NCBI GenBank assembly: GCA_036230365.1
Contig: JAZAJI010000041.1
Span: 1-34,077, forward strand
Origin: Pseudomonadota bacterium
GTDB taxonomy: Bacteria > Pseudomonadota > Alphaproteobacteria > MED-G09
Direction: 5' to 3'
Length of the DNA stretch: 34,077 bases
Part shown: positions 10,699 to 20,372 of the stretch, in pieces
Position numbering within the stretch: position 1 is the first letter of the stretch
Layout: every line of letters begins with the position of its first letter
Notes under the pieces: model-generated
Told to the model about the DNA's origin: nothing
The model's input: only the letters and a program-made list of their open reading frames with translations
The model's database searches: none
Position numbers and translations under genes: made by a program

Positions 10699-12126
10699 TT
10701 ATTCAGAAGAATCAAGGTATTGCAGTGTTTTTAAGTTATCCTTATGCTTATTCTTACTCATACTAACTTTTGATAATATAAATATAGCCAACGACCATAA
10801 AGAAATTGAGCAAATAACAAAACATAAACCTATTGTAAATAAAGTATTATCCAATATTTGGCCTGGTACAGCATTCTCTGGCCAATTTGCATAAGTTAAT
10901 ATTAATCCAACAATAAAAGCTCCAGAACCACTCATACATTTTGCTGCAAATGACCTAGCTGCAAAAAGGGTGCCCTCCATTCTTCTTCCAGTAGCTTTTT
11001 CAACTTCCTCCACTGTATCAAATACCATAGATGCAAGTGTCGTTCCTGCAATAATAGCGCAAGCAACAGCTATCCAATGGAATATAAGTACAAATCCTAA
11101 AACTGAAGGACTTCCATTAGCTGGCAATATATCTAAAAGGCGAAGAATAATTATTGTATTTTCAGCCATTATTGAACCAATAGAAAGGTAAATTACACTT
11201 TCTCTCTTACCAATCTTATCTGCCAAGAAGGGAGACGCTTTTAAGCCAACCATTGGAGTTAGAAAAAGAGTAAGGCCAATTGTTAAGATATTTAATGGCG
11301 AGAATTCCCAAAAAAAGCTGTATAGAAAGAGAGTAAAGTTCGTCGCTATACCTCCAGCAATTCCAGTCACTATCATTGCAAGAAAAAGAATCATATAATC
11401 ACGACTTATTGTCATTGTCTCATAAAGTTCAGAAAAAGTCTCTTTCAGGCTTAAATTTCTTGGCTCAGGAGAATATAGATTTGGGATTTCTTTATGTGTA
11501 CCAAGTGAAGTAACAAAGATAGAGAATACCATAATAATACTGCAAACTAATCCATAAGTTGCCCAAGTTTCAGGAATATATCGAGCATCTTGAGAACCTG
11601 TCCAGGACGCGTAAACGACAAATATCCATAAAGAATTCCACACTGAAAGACCTCCCCACCATCCAAACCAATAGCGGAATGATAACAATGAACTCCTTTC
11701 AACATAATCCTTGGAAAGTTCTGGACCAAGCGCTGCACTAGGTATTTCATATAATGTTATTGCTGTTCTTATAAAAATTCCTAAAAATAATAAATATAAG
11801 AAAAGTTCATTCTGATTCAGATTACTTGGTGGATCCCAAAGTAGAAAGAAAGAAAGTCCAACAGGAAATGCTGAAAAATACATGTAAGGATGTCTTCGAC
11901 CCCATCGTGATTGAGTGCGATCAGAAAAGTAACCAATTAACGGATCTGAAAATGCATCAAAAATCAGCATTATAAATATTGCTAAACCTGCCAAATCAGG
12001 TGAAAGACCAAAGACCTGCACATAAACAAACAATAAAAAATATGAAAAGGCATTATCTTTTATTCCATAAGCCATGGAACCAAACCCATAATAAAACTTA
12101 GTTAATAATGATACTTTTTCTGGCAG
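10699..12126 (-). CDS. GPH-family (MelB-like) MFS cation symporter
   Basis: DAFSDPLIGYFSDRTQSRWGRRHP and DYVERSSL motifs, about 12 TM. The frame is open upstream of ATG 12075 to a CTG at 12126 with AGGAG 7 nt upstream. Confidence 0.88.
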   Translation of the reverse strand: MPEKVSLLTKFYYGFGSMAYGIKDNAFSYFLLFVYVQVFGLSPDLAGLAIFIMLIFDAFSDPLIGYFSDRTQSRWGRRHPYMYFSAFPVGLSFFLLWDPPSNLNQNELFLYLLFLGIFIRTAITLYEIPSAALGPELSKDYVERSSLLSFRYWFGWWGGLSVWNSLWIFVVYASWTGSQDARYIPETWATYGLVCSIIMVFSIFVTSLGTHKEIPNLYSPEPRNLSLKETFSELYETMTISRDYMILFLAMIVTGIAGGIATNFTLFLYSFFWEFSPLNILTIGLTLFLTPMVGLKASPFLADKIGKRESVIYLSIGSIMAENTIIILRLLDILPANGSPSVLGFVLIFHWIAVACAIIAGTTLASMVFDTVEEVEKATGRRMEGTLFAARSFAAKCMSGSGAFIVGLILTYANWPENAVPGQILDNTLFTIGLCFVICSISLWSLAIFILSKVSMSKNKHKDNLKTLQYLDSSE

Positions 12127-12154
12127 ATCAAATCTCCTTATAGATATTTAAGAC

Positions 12155-12343
12155 TTATTCTTTAATTAATTGTAAAGCTGATGATTTTATTTCATCAGCT
12201 ATATCGATTGCTTGTTCGGGAGTAAAATCCATAGGAAGTTCAATAGATTCAGAAGATACAAAAATTCTTACCATTCCTTGATCCGTTGGACCAATCTGAA
12301 GGTCCGCAATTATATCACTTTGTTTGTTTATCCCTTTATTCAT
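12155..12343 (-). CDS. Small conserved hypothetical protein (DUF6324-like)
   Basis: 'LQIGPTDQGMVRIFV...IELPMDFTPE' matches my recollection of a small alphaproteobacterial family. It fills the gap between co-oriented genes. Confidence 0.7.
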   Translation of the reverse strand: MNKGINKQSDIIADLQIGPTDQGMVRIFVSSESIELPMDFTPEQAIDIADEIKSSALQLIKE

Positions 12344-12368
12344 AATTGGATCCTTAAATTAGCTAAAA

Positions 12369-13172
12369 TTAATTATTCTCAAGTGCAGCAACAGCTTCTG
12401 CGACAGATTCATCTATTTCATGACTTCTTGGATTTCTTCTAAGAGTTAGACCGCCGTTAACTTGAAGATTCTGACCAGATAAAAAGCACTCATCACTGCA
12501 TAAAAACACTGCAGCGGCAGCAACATCCTCTGAAGTGCCAATTCTACCTAATGGATAGCATTTTCTAAATGCCTCTTCTAAACCAGGAGCAGCCATTGCT
12601 TCAGCCGTCATAGGAGTTGCAGTTAAACCCGGAGAAATTGAGTTAGCTCGAATATTTCTTTCTCCAAATTCATTAGCAATTGTTCTAATTACATGGTCAA
12701 TCCCAGCTTTAGTTCCCATATATGCTGCATGATTATCTAACATAATAGTCGCTGTTGCAGATGATATTTGAATTATATTTCCGCCTTCTGACATTGCCGG
12801 TATACAAGCCTGAAAAAATTGATAAGGGCCTTTAAATTGTAAATTCATAATTTTAACCAAATCTTCTTCAGTGCTTTCTAAAAATGGAGATAAATAACCC
12901 CATCCAGTTGCCTGAATTCCAATATCTAGCTTTCCGTGTAAATCAGTAACTTTTGATATCATTGAATCAATATCTTCTTTTTTAGTAATATCACAAACAG
13001 CATAATCACCATTTATTTCTTCAGAAATTTCTTTTAACCCTTCTTCATTTCTTCCAGCAACAACAACTTTCGCTCCTTCTGAAGAAAATCGTCTTGCCAT
13101 AACTTGCCCCATATTATCTTTACCAGCTGCACCAAGTATTAAAGAAATTTTCCCTTCTAATTTTCCACTCAT
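12369..13172 (-). CDS. Short-chain dehydrogenase/reductase
   Basis: GAAGKDNMG Rossmann motif, catalytic YMGTK, NSISPG, PLGRIG; GGGG SD upstream. Confidence 0.92.
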   Translation of the reverse strand: MSGKLEGKISLILGAAGKDNMGQVMARRFSSEGAKVVVAGRNEEGLKEISEEINGDYAVCDITKKEDIDSMISKVTDLHGKLDIGIQATGWGYLSPFLESTEEDLVKIMNLQFKGPYQFFQACIPAMSEGGNIIQISSATATIMLDNHAAYMGTKAGIDHVIRTIANEFGERNIRANSISPGLTATPMTAEAMAAPGLEEAFRKCYPLGRIGTSEDVAAAAVFLCSDECFLSGQNLQVNGGLTLRRNPRSHEIDESVAEAVAALENN

Positions 13173-13209
13173 AATTTTCCCCTTTTGTTAAATATTTACC
13201 TAATTAACA

Positions 13210-14466
13210 TTATCTATTTTTTTCAGGAAGATGTAAGAAAAATACTACAATTCCTGCAATAACACATAAAACCACATTTATAGAAAAAGCCAAAGTATAA
13301 TTCCCATATGTATCATATAGAAAACCTGACAAAGGAGCTGCTATAATCTGCATAGGAACCATAAATGGAGTCATAAGACCTCTAGCCTTTCCAAAATTTG
13401 CACTCCCAAATGTTAATGCAAATGTTGAATTCATTAACGGCATTTGCCCACCCAAACCCACTCCAAGTAACATCACAGAAAATAGAAGAGAGAAAAGGCT
13501 TTGTGAAAATATAAGAGCCGCGATACCAAGACCATGACAAAATAAAGAAATCCAAATAGTTTTTCTGGCACCCAAATAATCTAACAAATTTCCAAAAATT
13601 ATTTTTCCTAGTGCTGCACAAAATGCTGCTACAGCATAAATTCTAGTTGCTTCTATAGGGCTATAACCTAAATCTTGAGAAAAAATTGGAATATGAGTAT
13701 ATACACCTAAATTAGCTGAAATTTGGAAAGTAAAAATTATTGTTAAGACCCAAAAAGAACTAACTGACATAATTTCTGTTAAACTTTTCTTCTTAGATTC
13801 AATTAATTCGACTTCGGCTTTGCGATCATTATCATTATCTGGAAATTGATTAATATCTGATGGTTTATCAACAATATATTTATATGAAAAAAAGGAACAC
13901 ATAAGTAATACAAAAATACCAAAGATTAAGTAAGTATTTCTCCAGCCATAACTTATAATTAATTCAATCGCGATCAACGGAATAATTACACCAGAAAAAG
14001 AAATGCCTATTGAAGCATAACCAAGAGCCGTTCCTATTTTTTTTTCAAACCAGTTTGAAATAAGTTTCGCAGTGCTTAAATTTCCGAAAATAACTATTCC
14101 TAAAGCTAAAAAAGTTCCATAAACCATAAGAAATTGAGTAAAATTTTGTACAAAAGATAATAAGATAAAACCTGAGCCAAATATTATTGCTCCAATAGAT
14201 AGGAGTTTCTTGATAGGAAATTTATCTAAAATAAATCCCATAATCGGAGAATAAATTCCTGCAGCCAAAATCATGACTGAGACGGTGCTTGAAACAAGAA
14301 ATCTACTGGCTTCAAATTCTTGTTGAATAAAACCAAAAAAAACAGCGTAAGCGTAAAAAGCTAAACCAACGGAAACAAAATCAACCAAGTTTGCATAGAC
14401 AACCATTCGCCATCCAAAAAAACTCCACCAGGTTGAAAACTTATCTTTATATAATTTTAAATTCAT
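13210..14466 (-). CDS. MFS transporter (OFA/monocarboxylate-like)
   Basis: 12 TM, motif A GFILDKFPIK and GNLLDYLGAR, 'NWFEKKIGTALG', 'GFLYDTYGNY'. Confidence 0.88.
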   Translation of the reverse strand: MNLKLYKDKFSTWWSFFGWRMVVYANLVDFVSVGLAFYAYAVFFGFIQQEFEASRFLVSSTVSVMILAAGIYSPIMGFILDKFPIKKLLSIGAIIFGSGFILLSFVQNFTQFLMVYGTFLALGIVIFGNLSTAKLISNWFEKKIGTALGYASIGISFSGVIIPLIAIELIISYGWRNTYLIFGIFVLLMCSFFSYKYIVDKPSDINQFPDNDNDRKAEVELIESKKKSLTEIMSVSSFWVLTIIFTFQISANLGVYTHIPIFSQDLGYSPIEATRIYAVAAFCAALGKIIFGNLLDYLGARKTIWISLFCHGLGIAALIFSQSLFSLLFSVMLLGVGLGGQMPLMNSTFALTFGSANFGKARGLMTPFMVPMQIIAAPLSGFLYDTYGNYTLAFSINVVLCVIAGIVVFFLHLPEKNR

Positions 14467-14547
14467 GAAAGGATAAAAGCTTAGTATTAATATTTAAGAA
14501 TAGAAAGATATATCATTATAAGAAAGCTTTTTTTAATTTGATTTATT

Positions 14548-15753
14548 TTAAAAATAATATCTTAAACTTATATAAGCAGTATTAGGATTAATACCATATT
14601 CAGAATTTAAAAGAATATCGTTTCCTACGTATCTTAATCTACTAGAACCAAAAAACTTATAATATCCTAGGTCCAAATATAGATTGTCAGTTAAGTGTCG
14701 TTCTATACTTAATGATGAAAATGCAGAATGGTCATCCTGATTATAAATAGCTTGAAAGCTTAAGGCGGTTACAGGCGAGATTTGTACATTTAGACCACTG
14801 GAAAAATATTTTTTTCCTAAAAGAAAAACACCATGCTCCTTATATGCATCCCTTTCATATTGTTTAAGATATTGATCAGGGGAAGATGATCCAATACCGT
14901 TATAATGATATTCAACCATAAAATAAATATTATCTGTAATAGCGTGATCTAAACCAATAGAGGCTCTTGTGTAATCGTCATCTCCAGTTACATTTGCAAT
15001 TTCCAACCAATATCCACTATCGCCTATTGCGCCTTGTATACCAGCCCCTAAAAGAAAGAGTGAATCTGTATCAACAAAGGTAATTTGAAAATCCTGTCCT
15101 TGAATACGACTTGAAATTCTAGCATAAGCAGCAGAATTTTTTCTTTCACCATCTTTTCCAAAAATAAGTCCTGTATCTAATTCTCCTAATGTACCAATTG
15201 GTTTTTGAAAACGTATAGCATCAATTCCAGGCCTAAACTCAGTATTTAATGTTCTTATATCAAATGGTAAAAACACATCTACTGGATTTATAAACCTTGA
15301 AGATCCTAGAGATATAGCCTGCCTACCAATAGTCAAATCCCCTGAATTAAGTTGAAATTGAATATTTAATCGATCAAGGTTCTGCCGAAGAGTATGTTTA
15401 TCCTTTTTCGAAATTTCACGATTTAAATCACTAAACCGATAAATACCATTCTCTGATTGATTTTCATTAGATAAACCCAATAAACCGTATGATGATAATT
15501 GTTCAGAACTATTAATTGAATCAACCTCATAATGAATTTCCCAAGCAGGGCCTGAATCAGTCGATTCAATTTGAAATCTTAAGGTAGACTGAAATAATTC
15601 CATTTTGGGTAACTCGATTGCCTCAATATTTTTTTTGTTTTGAGAAACCAAATAAGTTTTTAAATAACCTGAAAATTCGGCACTATATATATTGGGAGGT
15701 AAGAGAATTAATATTAATACCAATATAAATTTAGGCATTATTATTGCTTTCAT
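14548..15753 (-). CDS. Putative outer-membrane beta-barrel protein
   Basis: Signal peptide, 'LTIGRQAISLG...NPVD' porin-like motif, alternating beta strands and C-terminal aromatic (LRYYF). Last gene of the Lol-like operon. Confidence 0.72.
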   Translation of the reverse strand: MKAIIMPKFILVLILILLPPNIYSAEFSGYLKTYLVSQNKKNIEAIELPKMELFQSTLRFQIESTDSGPAWEIHYEVDSINSSEQLSSYGLLGLSNENQSENGIYRFSDLNREISKKDKHTLRQNLDRLNIQFQLNSGDLTIGRQAISLGSSRFINPVDVFLPFDIRTLNTEFRPGIDAIRFQKPIGTLGELDTGLIFGKDGERKNSAAYARISSRIQGQDFQITFVDTDSLFLLGAGIQGAIGDSGYWLEIANVTGDDDYTRASIGLDHAITDNIYFMVEYHYNGIGSSSPDQYLKQYERDAYKEHGVFLLGKKYFSSGLNVQISPVTALSFQAIYNQDDHSAFSSLSIERHLTDNLYLDLGYYKFFGSSRLRYVGNDILLNSEYGINPNTAYISLRYYF

Positions 15754-16426
15754 CTCGCTCTATGCTTCCATCTCGAAGATGTATTAATCTTTTTGCTCTT
15801 TTCATTATCATTTCATCATGAGTTGAAAATACAAAAGTTACTCCTTTTTCCTCATTCAAGCCTTTCATCATATCTAAGAGTGATGCCCCTGTTTTAGAAT
15901 CTAGATTTGCTGTAGGTTCATCAGCAAGAATAATTTCTGGCTCAGACGCCATAGCTCTTGCAACAGCTACTCTTTGTTGCTGCCCTCCTGATAATTCTGA
16001 AGGCCTTCTATTACCCAATCCTTCGAGGCCAACCAGCTGGAGCATTTCTTCAACTCTTTTATTTCGTTCAGCGTTAGATATACCTTGTAAAAGCATTATA
16101 TATTCTATGTTTTCAGCAGCAGAAAGAACTGGAATAAGATTATACGCTTGAAAAATAAATCCTATATGATCCCTTCTAAAATCTGACATCTTTCTTCCAG
16201 ACATAGAAGCTAAATTATTCCCAGCAAGCATAATTTGCCCTTCATCAGAGTTATCAAGCCCTCCTATTAAATTAAGTAAAGTAGATTTTCCAGATCCAGA
16301 AGGGCCAATGATAGCTGTAAACTCTCCATATTCAATATTTAAAGATAACTGATTTACAGCAATTACTTCTGCTACGCCCTTCCCATACTTACGAGTAAGA
16401 TTGTTTATTTCAATAACATTAGGCAT
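15731..16426 (-). CDS. ABC transporter ATPase, LolD/MacB-like
   Basis: Walker A GPSGSGKS, GFIFQAYNL, LSGGQQQRVAVARA, LADEPTANLD, STHD. Confidence 0.95.
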   Translation of the reverse strand: MPNVIEINNLTRKYGKGVAEVIAVNQLSLNIEYGEFTAIIGPSGSGKSTLLNLIGGLDNSDEGQIMLAGNNLASMSGRKMSDFRRDHIGFIFQAYNLIPVLSAAENIEYIMLLQGISNAERNKRVEEMLQLVGLEGLGNRRPSELSGGQQQRVAVARAMASEPEIILADEPTANLDSKTGASLLDMMKGLNEEKGVTFVFSTHDEMIMKRAKRLIHLRDGSIERDESNNNA

Positions 16427-16438
16427 ATAAATTATCTC

Positions 16439-17659
16439 CTATAAAGCCTTTTGAACAGCTTGCGCTGGCACAATGCGGGCAGCAAAAATTGCTGGGTAAA
16501 TTGCAGCTAATAAAGTTAATAAAACAACATAAAAAGGGAAATTAACAAATTGATCTAATGTTAGTATAACGGGTATGTTATCTGGAAAGGCAACTCCTGA
16601 AAATTCCATCACCCCTAAAGATAATCCATTTTCTTTAAGAAAAATCCCTAAAATGACAGTTATTATGATACCAAAAAAACAGCTTATTAAAGCAAGAAAC
16701 AACCCTTCAAGTAAAACCAAAGATGCAATTCCTGATGGACGCGTACCAATCGCCTTACTAACCGCAAGTTCGTAAGTTCTTTCATAAATTGACATAAATA
16801 TCGAATTAACAACACCTAAAGAGGCAAGTATAAAAAGAATTGCACCCATTATAAGTGTTGATAAACCTGTCATTTCAAGCATAGCCCCCAATCCAGGTTG
16901 TAAAGCTAACCAACCTTTTGCCTCTAAAGTATCTGACGGTAAGGTTTTATAAATGTCTAAATCTGGCGAATTGGCTAATTCCGGATTAGTAAATCTTATA
17001 GCTATCTGATGAACCCCTTCTCCAATATTAAACATTCTTTGTGCTGTAGAAAGATTTATAAAAGCAAAACCTTCATCTAACTCTTTAGGGCCAAATTGGA
17101 CAATTCCTGATACTCTAAATAACTCTTGAATCATTTGATTAGTATTTATTTCAGAGGATGTTATGACAATTCTATCTCCAATTCCTACTTCCAATTTTTC
17201 AGCAATAAGTCGCCCAAGTATAAGCTCCCTATCAGACCCGCTTAAATAATCACCTTCAATTACTGCTGATTGTAATCTGCTGGTATTTGATTCTTTTTCT
17301 GCATCAACTCCATAAAGCACAACTCCATCTGAGTTGTAGCTAGAACCAATCATTGATGGAACTATTACTCTTGATGCGTATGACTTTATCTCATTATCAG
17401 AATCTAAATTTGAAATAATGGATTTGGGATCTCTTATATATAATTCTGGATCATATTGATCTCTAAAGCCCGAATGATAAATTTGGGCCTCACCTTCTAT
17501 GGTTTCAGTAATTCCTTTAACCATTAATCCAGTCATTGAATTGATAATACTATCAACTAAAATTATAACAACTAATGAGCTTGCAATTAAAGTACAGGTC
17601 AATACCGACCTACGGATATTCCTAAATATATTTCTCCATGCCTGTCTAATCATTAACAT
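16439..17659 (-). CDS. FtsX/LolE-like ABC permease
   Basis: 'AWRNIFRNIRRSVLT' start, TM1, large periplasmic domain, then 3 TM with 'SIYERTYELAVSKAIG'. Confidence 0.9.
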   Translation of the reverse strand: MLMIRQAWRNIFRNIRRSVLTCTLIASSLVVIILVDSIINSMTGLMVKGITETIEGEAQIYHSGFRDQYDPELYIRDPKSIISNLDSDNEIKSYASRVIVPSMIGSSYNSDGVVLYGVDAEKESNTSRLQSAVIEGDYLSGSDRELILGRLIAEKLEVGIGDRIVITSSEINTNQMIQELFRVSGIVQFGPKELDEGFAFINLSTAQRMFNIGEGVHQIAIRFTNPELANSPDLDIYKTLPSDTLEAKGWLALQPGLGAMLEMTGLSTLIMGAILFILASLGVVNSIFMSIYERTYELAVSKAIGTRPSGIASLVLLEGLFLALISCFFGIIITVILGIFLKENGLSLGVMEFSGVAFPDNIPVILTLDQFVNFPFYVVLLTLLAAIYPAIFAARIVPAQAVQKAL

Positions 17660-18880
17660 TTAATTAAAATCCATTGCATTTTTAGGTGTCATTCTAGCTG
17701 CACGAAAACCTGGAGGAAGGCTTACTAAGAAAGAAGTTATAAAGACAATAATCATAGGTTTTAAGAATACATTTAATGAAAATTCTCCCCTCATATGCTG
17801 AAACATTACACCGCCCATATCAATAGGTTCAGAAAGTAAAAGCCCGGTATTGGCAAACCAGTAGATCATAGGAATAACTATAATAAGAGAAATGGAAATG
17901 CTTAAAAAGGTAAGAAAAATAGTTTCAAGATTTATGAGTAGTATTAATTTTGAAGGTCTACAACCTATTGCCCGAATTACACCAAATTCCTTGGTTCTTT
18001 CAAGCACTGACATTAAAATAGTATTTAATACCCCCACAAAAACAAGAAAGACAATTAATATAAGGGTATAATTATTTCCTTTCCTATCTGCCTGCATTGT
18101 TTGATAAAAAGTAGTCTCAATTCTCTGCCAAGGTGCAACATCTAAATTAGAAAGTGTTTCCTGTAGTTCGGCCGCAATTTCTAAATTTCTCTTTGGTTTA
18201 TTTACTAGCAGAGCATATTGATGAACTTCATCGGACAAGGATAAAAAACTTTGCGATGCAACTAAAGGTAAGTAAACGGTCATTTTATCGAAAGAATTTT
18301 CATTTCCAACAATTGAACTTACGATAAAAATATCGTTTGCAATTGAACCTTCTGCTCCTTGGCCAATTAAAATTAGTTCATCACCAATATTAATTTTTAA
18401 TGACTCAGCAATAGAAGAGCCAATCATAGCTTTGTAATAACCATCAGCATTTGGAGTACTATCAAAATAATCGCCAGTAAAAATTTTCTCTTTAATTCTA
18501 GTTACATCTGCTTCAAGATTTGGATCAATTCCAAGAACCTTTACAGGTGTAGACTTCTCTTTTCCATATGCAAGTGCCATGGATAGAACTCTTGGCGTAA
18601 AACTTATAATTTGGGATTCTTTATAAAATAACTCTTCTAATTCTTTTCTGTTATCTATAGTTAAATATGTCTTTGGTTTTTCTCTATAACTTTTACGATG
18701 TATTTGTATGTGCCCTACACTATCTTTTGTAAATATATCAATAACATTACCGTAACTGCCCTCAACTAGAGACACACTTAAAACAAATACAATATAACCG
18801 CCGCCAATTGATAATCCTGTAAGTATTGTTCTTCTGTATTGACGAAAAAGATTCCTAAAAGCCATACGCAGTATAAGCAT
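17660..18880 (-). CDS. FtsX/LolC-like ABC permease
   Basis: 'AFRNLFRQYRRTILT' and 'SVLERTKEFGVIRAIG'; same topology as its neighbour. Confidence 0.9.
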   Translation of the reverse strand: MLILRMAFRNLFRQYRRTILTGLSIGGGYIVFVLSVSLVEGSYGNVIDIFTKDSVGHIQIHRKSYREKPKTYLTIDNRKELEELFYKESQIISFTPRVLSMALAYGKEKSTPVKVLGIDPNLEADVTRIKEKIFTGDYFDSTPNADGYYKAMIGSSIAESLKINIGDELILIGQGAEGSIANDIFIVSSIVGNENSFDKMTVYLPLVASQSFLSLSDEVHQYALLVNKPKRNLEIAAELQETLSNLDVAPWQRIETTFYQTMQADRKGNNYTLILIVFLVFVGVLNTILMSVLERTKEFGVIRAIGCRPSKLILLINLETIFLTFLSISISLIIVIPMIYWFANTGLLLSEPIDMGGVMFQHMRGEFSLNVFLKPMIIVFITSFLVSLPPGFRAARMTPKNAMDFN

Positions 18881-19626
18881 TAAAATCTCCTTTTAAGATA
18901 TCTAAGAGTAAACATATCCTCAGAAATATCATCAGGATCAAACGATACTGAATCGTAAATTATTATAGTTTTATGACCAACTTTATTTAAAGGAACCATA
19001 ACAAGTTTTGATGGTAATAATTTTCCGTCAAAAATTTTAGATTCTATGAAATCCAACTGACGAATAGCAAGACCTTTTTCATCATAAAATATCTGTTTTG
19101 TAGGTAATAATGGGTTCTTCAATATATGATATTGAATTTTGCCCCAAACAGTAACAGTTGAAACCCTAGGAATTAGATTTATTATGTACTTATCATCTTT
19201 CTCTGATAATGAAAGATCATATTCTTCTGAAAGATTAGTTTGTTTTACAAGATCATCATTCGTAAAATCACTTCCCATCCAAGAACTCATCATCATGGAA
19301 GGCGGAACCTTAATAACACGATCAATTTTCGGAAGAAAGTTCCACATTTCTTTAAATCGCATCAAGGTTGCAATACCTTTGTCTTTTTTTGGTGATAAAA
19401 TTCTAAAATTTGCAAGATCATCACCTAGGGTTATACCTTCTAAAGAGAGTGATCTTTCATAGTCTTCTGTTTGTATTATCATTGTCATCTTTACCCTACT
19501 TGAATTTCCTTGGTAAAGCTTTTCAACTTCATCAATAATAGATTGCGCTGATTGAGATAATAAATTTATAGGCAATAAAATACTTAGACTTAATATTGTG
19601 TATAATAATTTTAAATCTAATGTCAT
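18880..19626 (-). CDS. LolA-like outer-membrane lipoprotein-sorting protein
   Basis: Signal peptide and 'SPKKDKG...MWNFLPKIDRVIKVPPSMMMSSWMGSDFTNDD' motif; TAATG coupling to the permease. Confidence 0.88.
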   Translation of the reverse strand: MTLDLKLLYTILSLSILLPINLLSQSAQSIIDEVEKLYQGNSSRVKMTMIIQTEDYERSLSLEGITLGDDLANFRILSPKKDKGIATLMRFKEMWNFLPKIDRVIKVPPSMMMSSWMGSDFTNDDLVKQTNLSEEYDLSLSEKDDKYIINLIPRVSTVTVWGKIQYHILKNPLLPTKQIFYDEKGLAIRQLDFIESKIFDGKLLPSKLVMVPLNKVGHKTIIIYDSVSFDPDDISEDMFTLRYLKRRF

Positions 19627-19750
19627 TTCTTTTCTTATTGCTAAGCTATATTAATATAACTTAATTCATTTCTTTTAATAATAATTTTTATTTATCTTAC
19701 AAAATATGCTCTAAATTATATCTATAAAAGTAAATACTTTGGGGAAGGTT

Positions 19751-20323
19751 ATGACAAAATTGAAAATTGATCCTCACGCTAGTTGGAAGCCGTTGAGGGA
19801 ACACGCAGAAACTTTATCAAATACAAGACAAAAACAACTTGTTAATGAAGTTGCTAATCATATGGAGGCAGAAATTAAAGGTCAGTTAGAACCATTAATG
19901 GCAACACTTACTGCTGAACCAGTTTACCATTTTTGGCGAGTAAGCGATGTAAATATGGTCCTTAATGGTTATGAAGAAGTATCAAATTTTTATAGCAATA
20001 TGTTTTTAACAGGTGGCGAACAATTTGAAGTGGTGGTTGAAAAAATAATTGCCGATGATCAAGGCGTTATAACAGAAGGACAGGTAAAACAGGTTTATTC
20101 TAAAGAAGCATTAAAAACGATGGGATTAACTTCTGAAAATTTTTCTGAATTAGAAGAACATGATTTATGGCTAACTAATACACAACTTATAACAGTTTGG
20201 CCTGCAGATTCAGATGCAAAATTAGTTGGTGAAGATATCTATTTTGGCGAAGACCCCATGAAAACCCTTACACCAATTAAAAGAGAAGAAATTCCAGATT
20301 ATCATAAATTAGCTAGCCCCTAG
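19751..20323 (+). CDS. Hypothetical protein, probable SnoaL/NTF2-like fold
   Basis: 'HMEAE...LMATL...PVYHF...GYEEVSNFY' and C-terminal 'KLVGEDIYF' patterns. ATG 19751 follows GGGGAAGG; the ORF track starts at TTG 19739. Confidence 0.65.
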   Translation: MTKLKIDPHASWKPLREHAETLSNTRQKQLVNEVANHMEAEIKGQLEPLMATLTAEPVYHFWRVSDVNMVLNGYEEVSNFYSNMFLTGGEQFEVVVEKIIADDQGVITEGQVKQVYSKEALKTMGLTSENFSELEEHDLWLTNTQLITVWPADSDAKLVGEDIYFGEDPMKTLTPIKREEIPDYHKLASP

Positions 20324-20341
20324 GGGAATCGAGCCCCTAGG
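20319..20341. terminator. GC-rich hairpin between convergent genes, probable terminator
   Basis: CCTAGGGG-AATCGAG-CCCCTAGG, overlapping the TAG stop of the + strand gene; U-tract is weak. Confidence 0.55.
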
Positions 20342-20372
20342 AACTTTCTAAAGAAATAAACTCTAGGTTTAA

